Shown here in pieces: positions 39,139 through 53,900 of a stretch of DNA of 64,000 nt; within the stretch, counting starts at the first letter, position 1, and every line of letters starts with the position of its first letter. The notes under the pieces were generated by a model that searched no databases, was not told the DNA's origin, and was given only the letters and a program-made list of their open reading frames with translations. Origin of the DNA: Phoronis australis (Eukaryota > Animalia > Phoronida). A program made the position numbers and the translations under genes. The stretch covers positions 857,957 through 921,956 of the forward strand of contig NMRA01000072.1 in NCBI GenBank assembly GCA_002633005.1. The letters are read 5' to 3'.

Positions 39139-40129
39139 CCGTAATCGTTCGGGTTAACGCCCATGCTCAGTTAACCGCCCATCCCCGACTTTAAGTGGAT
39201 TTTCGATTTAACCGCCCACTGCACGGTTAAGCGCCCCCCTATGATTTTTGAAGATTTCCAGTTAAGCGCCCACCTCTCGGTTAAGCGCCCATCCCCGACT
39301 TTTAAAGAATGAAGTTTTAGCGCCTAGTGCTAAGGAAACGCGCGATTCCCCGACTTTTAGAAAAAGATCGATGATCACAATGAGTGCAACGACGCCGGGA
39401 CTCCGAGACGTTGGTATAGCAATCTGAATTGCAATACAGGTAACGAGTTATTGTCTTGGTTCATGAACTCACTTCAAATATAATACTTGAACCTTTTTGA
39501 CACTTTATTTTCTTCCCTTGTTTGCAAAGTTTAAGAACGCCGCCGGCGTCAAAATCTCCGCTTTCAGCGACTTTGTCTGCCGCGCTGAGTTTCCGTCTGC
39601 AGTGCACTAGATAAAACATATATTCGAAAAAATCAGGCCAGAGAAATGTGACAGTGGTTTTGCCAACCCTCCAAAATCTATTAAGGTGGGAAGCTCTCGC
39701 ATTTTGAACAAATCTCACAACTCACGGAAAGATGTCAAATTCTCAATATTTTGATGAATATAACTGCCGGGTTGTAGCGGATGTGGGGCGACTGAAGGGA
39801 CAGTACAAGTGCCTTACTGGGTTACCGATTTCGTTGCTGCCTGTCGATTTCTGAATTCAAACGTTGGCAATAATGTATGTTTGAGTATGATCTTGAAGTA
39901 ATAAAAAACGGCTAGTCAAATTTTGTTTTTCGCTTATTGCATCTCAGTCAAACTGGTTAGCAGATTTAACTAATGTCGCTGGCTGTTCTTTACTATTTTT
40001 TGCGTCAGCCCCCATGTAAGCGTGACTGTGATTTTCGATTTAACCGCCCACTGCTCGGTTAACCGCCCTCCCCCGATTTTTTGAATTCACCAATTTAACC
40101 GCCCAGGGCGTTAACCCGAACGATTACGG
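39139..40129. mobile_element. Non-autonomous Tc1/mariner-superfamily (Tc2/pogo-like) element, 991 bp
   Basis: Perfect 24-bp TIR CCGTAATCGTTCGGGTTAACGCCC, TA on both sides (39137-38 and 40130-31), and subterminal TTAA(C/G)CGCCC repeats at both ends. No transposase ORF. Confidence 0.92.
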
Positions 40130-40489
40130 TATATATATTTACTGACACCACACTCATCCAGGTGACACTTTTCACCTCATGTTTACAATAGCACAAGATA
40201 TACCATATGAATGGATGAATTAAGTAGTTAATATATAATGTTCAGACCTGTGCATAACCAGAATTAATGAGAGGGCTTTACATTCATATTTTGGGAAGTG
40301 CAAAACTGACTGAGTGCAAATCAGGTGAGTGTTCAAGAAGTTGCCACCAAGTACATATTCTCGTATGAAACAAGAAAGGGAGAAACTAGAATGATTATTG
40401 TCAGAAAGTGACAATAATGATTATGGGCGAGTGAGACTTTTGGAAAGTTTACAACCTTTCAGGTGGCTTGCGCACCACAGCAGAATTAT

Positions 40490-41785
40490 ACAAGAAAATA
40501 ACAATGTAGATCATGCTACATGTTGAATGATATTAAACATCATTTGTAGAATGTGACCCTTTATTATGAGCCTCAGAAGCGAAATAAATGTGAAGTCCAT
40601 AAAGGTGTTGTTAATGCTGAGAATCACAGTGTCTAACTGTTGACAAGTTAGAATACACGGTGAATGAAAGTCATGTTTTCAAAAAAAAAATGTCCCAGCA
40701 AATAACATGTTTGGAAAAAAAACGCCTTCCATGCGAAACAGAATTCGGCGAAAAGAGATGGTAAAAAATTAGGTGACCTTTGCCCTAATTAACCCTTTTC
40801 GTTGCATTATGAGCCCTTGCGGTGGAATTATGGTTAAGTCCCTGAAAAGTGTGGTTAAAGTTGAGAATCACAGTAGTCTAACAAGTTGAAAGAAAAGGTC
40901 AATTTTCAGAAGGAAAATACACTCAATGACACTATGATTGCACTTTGGAATTGGAACTGAATTACATGTATCAATCACATGTGTAAATCTGAAGTGTTTA
41001 GCTCAAAATTTAAGATTGCACTTAATGGCCTTTGACTTATTTTATCTGATTGGATGGCCTGATAGCTTAGAAAAGTACTGTATTTGATTGGCATGTACGC
41101 TCACATCTGTGAGCCGAAATTGAAGAACATTCCTTGAAAAATGTAGGAGAAAGAACATTTTGAAAATTAGACGACTTTTGTACTAATTGACCCTTTCTGG
41201 AGCATTTCAACCCCTTTTAGTAGAATTAGTGCGAAGTCCCGGAAAAGTGTATGAATCAGTTGTTGTCTAACTGATGACACCTCAGAATAAGTGATGAATG
41301 AAATGTCAAAATTTCAGAAGAAAAATACACCTAAAGACCTCATGGTTGCATGAAATGACCTGAAACATTGGAATTGGAACTCAATTACATGTACCAATCA
41401 GATATGTGAATTTGAAGTGTCTAGCTCAAAATCTTAATTTCCACTCAATTACCTTTGACCTATTTAATCTGATTGGATGATCCAACTACTTAGAAAAGTA
41501 AAGGATTTGATTGGCATGCAGACTTACACCTGTACATTGAAATTCCTTGAAAAATGTAGGAGAAATTTTATATTTTAAAAGTTAAATGACCTTTGCACCT
41601 TCCGGTGCATTATGAGTCAAAAATTTATTTCATAAAATTCATGGATGGCTCAAAAGTACTTGGAAAGTTTCAAAGTTGATACTTGAGTCGTTTGAGAGAT
41701 ATTAAGCTCTGGAATAGGTCGGAAAGAATAAGAAAAAGATAAAAAGCTGAGAATAACAAGACTCCGTGCTGGTATGCACAGAGAA
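40490..41785. repeat. Tandem ~410-425-bp repeat (about 2 full copies plus a partial), possibly inside a second HINE-like family
   Basis: ttggaattggaact at ~40944/41368 and ttccttgaaaaatgtaggaga at ~41130/41543. Ends with a purine tract and a gtgc-tggtat-gcac hairpin at ~41766-41779. Confidence 0.65.
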
Positions 41786-44700
41786 AATATTATTTTTACA
41801 TAAAATTTTAGATGTGCAAACTGAGGTGAATAAGCTAAATAAGTGGAGAACTACCGTACATACTGTTAGTTGCATATTTCCGGGTAGAATCACTTTAAAG
41901 TATTTTTAAAGGGACAGTATCAGTTTTGCAGTTGAAAAACGCATTTTGGGGATCAATAGAATAGATCTCTTGAAGTTATCAGCTTTAACCAGAGCTATGT
42001 AAGAACAAAATCCATTGCATTTTTTGTTATTTCATTAAAAATCACCATTTCTCATTGTTGTCTGTCAGTCATTCTCTGAAACCAAGGCCGGTGACTTTTA
42101 ATACTGTCATTTATCCAGTGGGATTTAGCTCCGCCCGGGGGTTGCAGAGACTGAGCTCAAAACATCACTTTTCTTGTCAATAATATCCCTTTGAGTTTGT
42201 GAAATGTTTTCCATATCAGAAACAATGCTATTGTGATCATAATACAATACAGCTTCTTTCGCCTACCTTATGACTGTTTATAATTTATTTTCTGTTGCCT
42301 AGTCTATTGTCAATCATACTTGTGACATTGGGGTTGCTAGGCAGCCATATGAAATCATTCTTGTGAAAATTAAAGAAATATGTCACAGCTCGCTTAATTT
42401 ATGTATCGCATGAACGAACAACAGACCTGAAATCATTTCAAGATTTTTTGTATTAAACAAACTGATCTCTTGAATAGACTAATAGAAAACGCCTGTTCAA
42501 ACGTTCACTTCATTGTTTGCAACTGACATGACCATGAACACAGGTGTTTGTTATAGATAATAATTAGTGGTCGAGAAATTACTAAGATGAAGAGAAAGAT
42601 TTGTTAAATATTCTTAGATTGAAATTTGTATGGGTATTATTGTATTAAAGTTACCACATCACAGAATAAAAACCCACCAGAGTTTATTTTTATAATCATA
42701 AATGACAATAAATGTTTAATAAATAGGCTTAAGTACACAGAAATTTTTATTCAATCTTGTTCTAAGTAGTATTTTTAAAAGGTAATAGTTGAAACAAATC
42801 TTTTATAGGTAACTAAAAACTATAGCAAGCTGCAAAACATCTGAGGAAGACAGTACCAAACCTTTGAATCATGGGAAAAATAAATAACTTTCTTTTATTA
42901 ATTGAACCAATGTTATTTTCAACAATACCCATCAATAAAGGCAATTCGTCTCTGTGTAATTATTCAAGCAACGTAATTTAATACCCAAAAATATTCTTTC
43001 CACGCGCTCTATTAATCCATCTTCGGTACCTTTGCGTCGTCAAGGGAGTACGAGTTATAAAATTACACATTGGTTAACAAGTTTAATATCCATGAAAATT
43101 GTTCAGTTAAGAGAATTGACCATCTTTGAGAGACTCGCAGGAACTAAATATTACAGTAATTCATTTAGGTCTGACTCGAGGATAGATGGCGGAGTTAAGC
43201 GAGAACGCAACAAAACCTTGTATTACCAATGTGACCTTCGCCGCATGATAATAGTCTAATTGTGTTGAGCGTATAATCAAATACATTTGTATTTATTAAA
43301 GGCGATTAGGAGGCTGACCCTCACACATTCAGAAGATCGGAAATCCGCAGAGTTTTGAACAGATCACATCCAATCTAAAGACCATCTTTCTTATGAAAGA
43401 GCTCATCAAAAATTCAAGACAATGAGATATTTATTAGATAATTGTTTCTGAGTAGAGAAAAAAGATGTTGAAGGCAGAAGAACGTGCAAGAGATGAGGCA
43501 TTGGTCTAAAGGAAGAGCAATCAATTTTACTTTAATTCTGATCAGCAAAGCCACATCTTAGAAAAAGCAATTCATCATGTCAAGCATGAACATTATCTTG
43601 GAAGATGATTTAAACAGTACATCTTAAATATAAAGCTAAGGGAATAGATCTGCAGGATAAGTAACCACGTTGTATTTCTTAACAACAGGATGGCAGATAT
43701 TGTACGCACCCTAAAGTTATGGTATTTGCCTTTCTGCTGTCAGTGAGCTAGCTACGATCACAACTCGGCTCACCAGAATAGTCTCAAACGTACTTTCTTT
43801 AATTGATATCGTGTCCTCGCAGAATACTAATATTTATAAATGCCTGCACATGTGGCCTGAAAACCACTGAATTAGCTTAAAACACAACCGGTACATATTA
43901 ATATTAATAACATTACCACAGCACAGCAAATGGACTTTCTAACTGTCTGGCCACCAGGAGGCAGCTGTGGTACTGGTACTCAGTACCATACCTGAGTAAC
44001 TAGAGGCCATGGTAAATGTTTAACGACACATGACGAAATTCACGCTCAGCACTAGATTTCTCAAAATGTTATTTCTAATTAATAAACGGTAAATGACTTT
44101 TATCATGAACATTATCTGAATATTCAACAAATTGCTATTTCTTGCGATTTTAAATGAACTCTCATTTGTAAATTTTTAAATACAAAAACAAAACTGACAG
44201 CAAAATTTAATTCCCTACATCTTTAAAACAATAAACTACTTATAACCTCTGCAAAAGAAATGAGAGATCTGCTGAGAAAATACCTTCCAATATCTATAAA
44301 GATTAATTATCGCTATCTTTGTTTTTGCCTACCATGATAGGAAGTTTAATCAAAGGGGATCTAGAGCCCAGGCCACTATCAGAGAATCGCATTAATAATC
44401 ATATATATTTTTACAAATTCCGATAGTCTCCAATCTGGTCTGCCTAGTATTTAAGAAGTGTGCAAACATCGCACAAGCCCATATGCAGGTAACAGCTATC
44501 TACCTTTATGGCAACAGTTATTAATTTCAGATAAGACTTTGTGGGCCCCGTTGATTTGCCATCAATATGCACTAATCTGTCACCGTTTATCTGCTAGTCA
44601 TACCAAAAATGAATATGCTAAGTAAACAACAACGATAGAGACTGACTGAAATATATATATTTGGGTGGTAACAAAAAGGCAATATGCATTAACCAGAGAT

Positions 44701-46026
44701 AAGGTGTGTATTACAGAGGTCGTTAAAAGCATAATGTGGACACTGTTCAGATTAACTTCTTTTTAAACTTAAAACTTTAGACTTTAGCCACATCTTCTGT
44801 TTCCGATAAAATTTTGCTCTCTTCCAAGACATATTTAGGTGAACAGGAGCAGGCTGGCCACTGGTACGATTTAAAAAGTGCATCTACAATCTGTAGTTCA
44901 GAATTAAAACTCATGTACCTGGTCTCAGCAATTCAAAAACATGATACTAAATATATAAATAACCATTATCTTGTAGAGCCGAATGAAGCAGGGGGATAGG
45001 TGAGCGGAAGGTAAAGTTTGAAGACATTGAATGCAATATGTGTATAACCTCCAATAATATTTACCTTCCTACAGACCTGTCTGGTGTTTGTTGTGAAATC
45101 AGAAAACAAACAATGATTCTGAACACAACAAATATTTCCAGTCATATTTCAGTATAGCTCCTAGGGACAAATAAATCTATATAGGAAGAACACACCTTGT
45201 ATTTCTATGCATGTGTAATAGGTCTGTCCTGACATAGCACATCGTTACGTTTATTCTAAAGTATTTGCCCACAATGCAACATGCACCAAGCACCTGCCTG
45301 TCCGGAACATGTTGCCAGGTATTTTCATAGCCTCATATTTCCCCTTGGAGGTGGATATTATCTGTGCAAGTGCTGACTTCAGTCACTTGGCAAGTCACTT
45401 AACTTTCACTTTGGAGAATCAATTGCTGTATGACTTAAGTCCGCACATTTGCAAACAGCATTCATCTCCGAGGGGAAATTTGAGGATATGAAAATATCTG
45501 AGGTGTTCAAAATGACACTCGTCCCCCTGCTTCAAATGAAATTGTACAAGTCAATATCTCATATCCTCATTATTGTTAAGTCATCATTATAATGTAGCAA
45601 AATGTGTATTGTTATAAACTGAGTGGCAATATTGACAAAAACTTGGCAATTAGGACAAATATCAATTCTGGATGTTTTTCCCTAGTCAATAAACTCAACG
45701 GGTCTGTGCCCCACATTTTGAAAAGTAGGTCAGTCATGATTTTTCTACCTCCGAAAAGAAGAGTGTTCAATAAAGGACAGCTGATTTGTGCAAAGCCAAT
45801 AACAAACATTTTGGTGGAATCTGTCGATGACATTTACAAAATCCAGTGCTGGCGCTCAGCAACATAGGGTATTTATAAGAAGGTGCAACATACATTTAAA
45901 AAACATGCAATTAAAAAGTGAAATCTAAATATCCTAATTAAAGGTTATGAACTGAACTTAAAAATTTCCTTGCCAAGTTATACATAGCATTGATTTTTGT
46001 GATATGATCGTTTAGTGAATAGGAAA

Positions 46027-46355
46027 TTGTTGACAATACCAACAATGCGCCAGCATCACCGACAATGCCGCCAGCATCAGCGACAATGCCACCAGCATCA
46101 GCGACAATGCTGCCAGCATCAGCGACAATGCCGCCAGCATCACCGACAATGCTGCCAGGATAACCAATTATGCTGCCAGGATCACCGACAATGCTGCCAA
46201 CATCACCAACAATGCTGCCAGTATTACCGACAATGCTGCCGGGATCACCGACAATGCTGCCAGCATCCCCAACAATGTTCCCAGCATAGCCGATAATGCT
46301 GCCAGCATAGCTGACAACGCTGCCAGGATAACCCACAATACTGCCACCATCACTG
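46027..46355. repeat. 21-bp minisatellite (ccagcatcaccgacaatgctg), about 15 copies
   Basis: Directly visible. It creates repetitive ORFs on both strands (GSIVGDA and QHQRQCC). Confidence 0.92.
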
Positions 46356-47622
46356 ACAAGTGGGACGGTGACACATAAAACACTGCTGTAACGCACAAAC
46401 AATGATCATAAAGCTGCAAAAATTGACAAAAGTGACTATAATGAAAACACCACCGAAAGCAACAATGCTACTTGACACCCATAACACCAATGGAGCCAAA
46501 GAAAATGAGAGTGCTGACACAAACAGCAATGCAGACAATGAAAATACCACTATTACCATCATCACCTTCAACGTCATCTTCATTCCCATAGTCATCATCA
46601 GATGTTATGACGAAATTCATAAGGAACAAGGGAAGACTTATACAGCATGGTGAACTGATAAGAAGGCAATGAATGATCAGTCACTAAAAGAATGGTCGTC
46701 AGAAAATCTCAAATTTTGTCCAGAATGTTAAGTTGCGGCAGAAACACATTCAGATAGCCCTTTACAAGATTTAACTAAACACCACATTTCAGAAGAATCC
46801 CTGAAAGGACCGAGGTGCCAAACATTTTAAACATGAAGTCCGATTTCGACGTTGAGCTTTTCTCAAGTTGTGTGAATTTCATGTCGGTCGGACAAGATTT
46901 GCAATCAGTATGGTGAGTATGTAAAAAAATTCATATCAAAGCAAAATACTTGCCAAAAATCTCATTTCCCAACTAACAACAAAGGAATTTATCACCATAC
47001 AGGATGATCTGCTAAGGCCCAAGAGTGTTATTTTACAGTAGAGTTGTGTAAACACGTGTGTTTGTTTTTTCTTGCACAATCATACATTGACTTCTTCTGT
47101 AACTCCTCACAAGACAGAGACAAAACACAGCTTCTATACCATAACATTAGTTGGTAGGCACAATAAAATGTACACATAATTGAATTTTGCAATGAGTACG
47201 ATAAAAATTCTCAAGTCTACACAATGTGGTCGACAAGTGGAATTTTATATTGCCAAATTTGTAAACATTTTAACTGCTGTAGATTAAGTGTTTCTTCATC
47301 ATTACCATGGTTTGTAAAGTTCACCTGGAAGAATTTTAATCACTTGAACCCACAAAGTTAGTACTTTAAAGATTGAAAATGGCAATTTTCGCTATCATTT
47401 TTGTCACAAATAGAATTTTTACCGCAAGTGCATCTCTTAGTGTAATGCAACAATAAATTGGCTTGTTCTGTAAACCTTCAAAAGACAGAGACAAAATGTA
47501 GCTTCAGCACCAAGACAATATTTGGTCGGCACAGTAAACAGGAATAGACAAACAACTGTAATAAATCTCTGACTGTCAAGGTTATGTAACAATGTTAGCA
47601 TTAAGGCAATCATATAAACCAG

Positions 47623-47933
47623 GATTTCACCATGTTTATCTGACATAAAGCAAAAATCAAGTTGGGGTTTTTACTCTCATAAAATCAGTCTCAGAATGTC
47701 CGTTACCGTGATAGGATTCTATTTTCGTTACCACAAAGGAGATCAAACCATCATCGATTCAAAAAACATTTCAGATTTAAGTACAACTGACTGACCGTAC
47801 CTTGCCTGTGATTTGAGTTGGAATCCAACATGGAATCCTATCGCAGTAAGGAATACATGAGACTGATTTTATGAAAGTATGTAAAGTTTAATTCAATTTC
47901 TGTTTTTAACCATGCAGCTAAACAGGGCGAAAT
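47623..47933. mobile_element. Degenerate foldback/MITE
   Basis: cataaaatcagtctca (47678) / tgagactgattttatg (47858), plus further nested complementary blocks. Confidence 0.55.
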
Positions 47934-50900
47934 TAAGCTTTTAGAAATTCATAATATCACACGGAAATTTATTAAATTATATATTCACTCTTGGTACATC
48001 CTTGAAATTTTAATTGAATTCATAACTAGGTTTTAATTACAAGAGGTCAGAAGTAAAAAGATTAGCCAAGAAAGCGCTGGCTTATTAGTAAGACAACACC
48101 CTTTTTTCTAAGCGCCTACCACAATGACACATAATCTAAACATGATTCAGTGTACTTTTAGAAAACACAGCAATCAAAGAAAAACCTTTTTACATCGAGA
48201 TGAAGGAAACTAGTAATATTAATTGCCTTTCATCTTAAAACAACCAGCATAAGCATTCAACTTTTAATATGAATTCTAAATCTCATTCAAGGACATCAAA
48301 CGTATTAAAATTATAGTGAAAAGACGTGAACCACCATTAGCAATAAAATGTCACTTGTTTTAGCAGCGGTTTAAAACACCTCTCTACAAAGACAACAATA
48401 TCTAGTGCTCGAATGAAACAGCAAATCAATACATGTGTCCTGCTGAGAGCTCAAATTAATTTCACATATTAATAAACATCAGAATTTATCAAAAGAAATT
48501 GCAATGTCAGACATCCATCAGCCACGAACTAAATGGATTTCCACTGCCAGAGAGCGTGTACATGTAAAATCTTCAATTTCACTCTGACACATCTCTCTGG
48601 CATATTATTCATACAATGTCAATGACTGTCCACTCCAAATACTAATATCATAACGTGCATTCATCATTTAACAAGGCTACATTATGTTGACGGACATAAA
48701 TATTTTCTCATGGCATTTTGAAAGGTAAAATCGAACGATAAATATATTAAGTAAATATTCCTAGCACAATGGAACACTTTCTTTTATCATTTTCACAAAA
48801 TCATATTTGACTAAGATGGGTTAAGGTGAGCTGTTTGTCAAGCAAAATGTGTTAAGGTGCAACAAAGAAACGCAGATTTGGATTCACCATTCCATATCTA
48901 AATCCCACAGTGAAAGTATGTACACAGAACTTGATGGCTCAGTCAACAAAACTCAGTGTTTGATCAAAATTTGTATTTACTTATTATTCGTTAGGACATT
49001 GTTGTGCCAAGCAGTTATCAACGCAGTAACATCAGCTAACTAGAAATCTCTGTGTTTGATCAAAATTGTATTTACTAACCTCATTGTGAACACTTTGTTT
49101 GCGAACAAGAGCCAGATATTAATGGATTTATTTGGACCATGCCTTCTGTCAAATTCTGTTACATTTGACATACAGGCTCTGTGCACTTTTGACCTTCACT
49201 GTCAGAAACAATGGAAACTTAAAAAAGAATAAAATATCCCTTCATTAAAATTTAGATTTGGATCAAAGGCACACTCTGATTAAAAAGATTTAACAGTAGA
49301 CTTTCATCTATTGTTCGACATTTCAAAAAATTAATCTCTCCACGAGAGGATTCAAAGAAATACACACATTAGGAGTTCTAAAAAAATGTGCAAAAAGGAA
49401 TATTACAAGTCCACTGGTGTAAGGGACTCTGCTTACTCTTTTCATATTGGTGCTTTGAGCATTTTCGAAAAGGGTCTACCCGACATCATGCTTATTGAGG
49501 GTTTTACATAGCATTTTCATTATCAGACTCTACGTATCTTTTTCACAAAGGGATCTATACACTTCTTTATGAAGGGGCTCTTCACATCATTTTCATCAAG
49601 GAGTTTTGGGTATCACTTCTGTTGAAGTTACCCATTCTTTTATACATCTAGAACATCAAATGAGTACACTAAAAAAAGAACGTATCTTAAAGTCATTTCG
49701 TAAACTTCAAGTTTATGTGTATTTGGGTCATTTTCATTAAGATTTTCAGAAGTTTGACTGCTGGTGAATTTCTGGTTGACCACGAAAAATTAAAAAATAA
49801 TTTTTTATTAAATTCAGCTTCATCCCAGAATGTTGAAAGAGTATAATTTAAAAAGATGTTTCGGTTCCATAGGTTCGAAATATGACTCCTGAAGTTTTAG
49901 CCCAAATTAAATGAGAAACATCTCTTCAAGGTGTACTAGCCATTGTTTTGCTGAGTAACCAAGCCATGTGTGCACGTCATTTTCATTATCGTAATACGTA
50001 ATACGTTTCCCACTACAGCACATAAAAAATCTCAGACTCGAATGTAATTCACTTTTGTGGAAAGAAAGTGAAAATAAAGCTTTATGTCTGCTGGAACTTA
50101 ATTAAATTCTACACCCACAAATCGGCAAAATGCAACAGCCTCCAGGAAGGTGGGTTAGTGTGTTAAAGAGTGTGCCTGAAAATTCTAAACAAATATTTGT
50201 TAAAATTGTGTACTGTCTCATCTCGTTTGGAGCCCCTTTTCACAAAAGAGTGCAAGATGGCTCTGAGGGATTACAACCTGAACAAAGGAGTATTTAGCCT
50301 TGGGAGAATTTGTCAGGTTAAAGTGTACAAGTTAAAGGTCAAACCTCCATTTTTTGTATTCTTGTAAAATTTCTATACATCTAATAGGTATTAAATTGAA
50401 GATCCCAACTTAACTAAATTAGTTCTTGATGAACTGTTATACCCACTATTCACACAGCACATTTGACACAGTTCAAACTGACAAGGCACAATTATTCTTG
50501 TGAACAGAACTTGACACTATCTGGCAGCACGCTGTCAATTTTTCACCCTTAACTACCTTTTTCACCTGATCACCATGTTGCATGTCGACCCCGAAGTCCG
50601 GTAAAGGATGCAGGTGATCAACACATAAGTTAGCACTACTACACACTGACCACTCCCATCTGAAAGCGTGCACATGCAAAAAAAACCCTTCCCAATCGCC
50701 ACAGTTTCTTAGTTGGCCAAGCAAAATGGAACCGTTAAAGTTACTATCTAATCACAGCATTCGAGTAAATTAGGATGATGTAAAAAGTTCAAGAAAAGGT
50801 AGACTGTTTTTAAACCTCATTTAATCTTATCTCACTTTGATGTTCCGGACAACTAATAATTTCTTCTGATGATCCAATGCATAATCTAAAGTAAATCATA

Positions 50901-53900
50901 ATTATTAGATTATAATAGAGTTGTAATCTTGTAATATCTCACTCTATTTGGCTACAAAGACACACAATGCAGCTGAAGAGAACTAAAACTTTCTGAAATA
51001 AGTACTTAATTGTTTGACAAATTGAGAAATTAAAACTTCAACGAAAATTTTGGTCCAACTCAGAAATTGCTATTTCGACATGAAATTAAAGCGAAAGTCT
51101 TTGTAATCAGGGTTGGACTGGAAGAACAGTTAATGCATGTCAAATTATAATCACTTTGTTAAATCAGATTCAAAATCTAATTTAATTCAAACCAGGTAAG
51201 GAATGGCATGGCTGATTGTGTTTTAAATGAAATATCAAACACGGCCACATGTGCTTTGTATTGGAGCTGTCAATCAGAATCAACTGTAATTTTGACACGA
51301 GTATGGTCTTTTAATAATCTAAGATAGCTATGTAAAATTGAAAACAAAAGACAGTTAATACACCCTCGTCTTTGAGTGCACTTTGAATTCCACAGACAAG
51401 ACTAGTTAAATCATAGTACCGACTACCTTGAAGCGGTATTTCGAAGCAGAAATGGTGAAAAATGCTCGCGGAATTTACGGGAGCATGCAGTAAAACTACA
51501 GTCATTTGTATGAATTAGCTCAAGACATCTTGGTTTGTGAAAAGGAAATAGCAAGAATTGTGGGTGTTCATAAAGCATATATTCACATAACTCAACATCA
51601 ATCTTAATTCAGTGGAACACACTTTGCAAGTTCACGTAATGATTCGCTAAGTACTTGCAAAATCTTAATTTAAACAGGTGTGGTCCTGCGTAATCTCGCC
51701 AAATTTGCACAATATTTGACTAACAGGACCTAATCCTGGGTCACTTTCCCTATGACAAGTCACTCACAAGTCACTCGCAGCAAGAAACCCAGGTCTATGC
51801 AAGAAAACAGCGTGTTTTCTAAAAATGATTCGAGATTCCAGTCTAGTGGACCAATCACTTCAGAGGAAGCCATTTTGCTGGTATACTGTAGGAAGTCTAA
51901 AACCTTTGCGAGGACTTCCCTTTCACAACCATCATCTTGCCTGTTCTTCCAAAACTAGCAATATGCTAGCCTTAGGCCAACGAAAATAGTATAATTGGTT
52001 CTGGTCTGTGTGTTTTTTTTTGGAAAATTGACGCGGTGATGTGGTATTTATTATTTGACCATATTTTCAAAAAGAAAAAGTCACCTAATGCCTGTTGAAA
52101 TGATTCGGGATCGTTCGTTTTTCCTCGCTGGCATCAAATAATCTGATGTCACCTGAAAAAGGTCAAAATCCCTCTCTTTTTAAACACTGAAGCACAACTT
52201 CTAAAATGAGTCAAGCGTTGACCAGAATCAATTATCCTTCTTTTGCCAGACCTTAGAGAACACGCCATAGATCGCTTTCAAAACAACAAGTTTTTGAATA
52301 AAAAATTTTGAGACAACACCAAAGCATGAAACTTAAAGAGTTTTCTATCTTGTGAACTTGACACAATGATTCAAATATCATAAGAAATTCTTGTTGAAAA
52401 CAACTTGGGTCAAATCCTATCTGGCTAATTTACACCTCTATCTTAATTGGGGTAAAACAATTAAGAGTCAGACATTAAAAGCATAACTTCTCAGTGTGAC
52501 GGTTGAAAAGATTGATTGTCAATAAAAATGCAGCCTGAAATATTTAACACGTTATTGGTTTTCTTGGAAAGACACAAAACAGAATTCATATAAAGATCAA
52601 AGATCATAGATCTGAAAGGCTTGTCCATCAATATTAAAAGAAGGTCATATTTTCAGAGCAATAGGTCTTAATATTTCCTTGAGGAGATGCCTAACTTAAT
52701 TATAGCAACATGTTAAGAGAATCATTTGTCAGGCAATTTATTTTAGAAACTTTATTGGGTGATTGGATGTGATCCATGTTACGGGGCTCAACACAAAGAC
52801 TCTATCTTAACTGAACAAAGATCTGATGTAATTATAAAAGCTCTTAAAAAACCTCAGTTTTAAATATCTAAAAAATTGTACAAACCAAAATTGCTCTACA
52901 ACTAGTCATGGATAATGCGTGTTTTTTTCCTACTTTATCAAAAAAACACAATAGTGCTGTCAGCAGCAACAGAAATGCTTGAATAGAAAAACGTCCACCC
53001 ATATTAATGAAAAAAATCACATTTTTCCATAAAAAATTTGCCATCTCACTCAAAAGAGACCAAAATGACTTAGTAAATATTTGCTAAATAGAATATAATT
53101 GGGAATTCTAAACTGTGTCCCTGAACAAGTGTCCTAACCAGGATACACACACGACAAGCCTGCCTGAGTGCCGATGAGGAACTCACAACACATGTGCAAT
53201 GATAGGAAGGTATCAGCATGAACTAAACTGGGCAACAATGGTCAATAGATAGTATTCCCTTCATACAGTTTCCGTTGACACAGCCAGTTGCGTTGGGGCA
53301 ACTTAGTAACATGGCAGTGGCACTACTTTGAAAAAATGAGCTTAACTGTCAGAGTTGCACTAGTTTAACTATTGTCCAGACAGTCTCTGAATCATCTTGA
53401 TGCTGAAGCAAACTGCTTTCCCAAACTCCATCACAACTTCCCTCACCTTTCTCACTGACTCATCTCTGGTAGTGACATCGATGTTACCGCTAGTTCTAGG
53501 GATAGAACACCAGATGGTGTAGTTGGTTCGCACTCTCACTTGAATGTGTGACTCCTAGTGATTTCTCCCATCGGAGTCGTGCTAACATTTCTCATTGTAG
53601 TGGAGTTTAATCCCCATATTTTGAGGAGTTTTGATGGCCCATTAAGTCTGGGAAATTAGGTTGTCCCATTGACCGGAATTCTGCCTAACAGGAGAGTTGC
53701 AGTGTTGCTGGGTGAAAATGACATTTATCTACAGTTCTTAATCTTCACATCAGATTAACCCACCTTTTTGCATCCCGCTGTTATGGTGGTCTTCTTACAC
53801 ATATAAAATGATACATTAGTCAAATTAGAATTGTGAAAAGCCCTTTTTAAGTACAATGCTGGTCTGTGCTACTGCACAATATATATGAATAAACGTTTTA

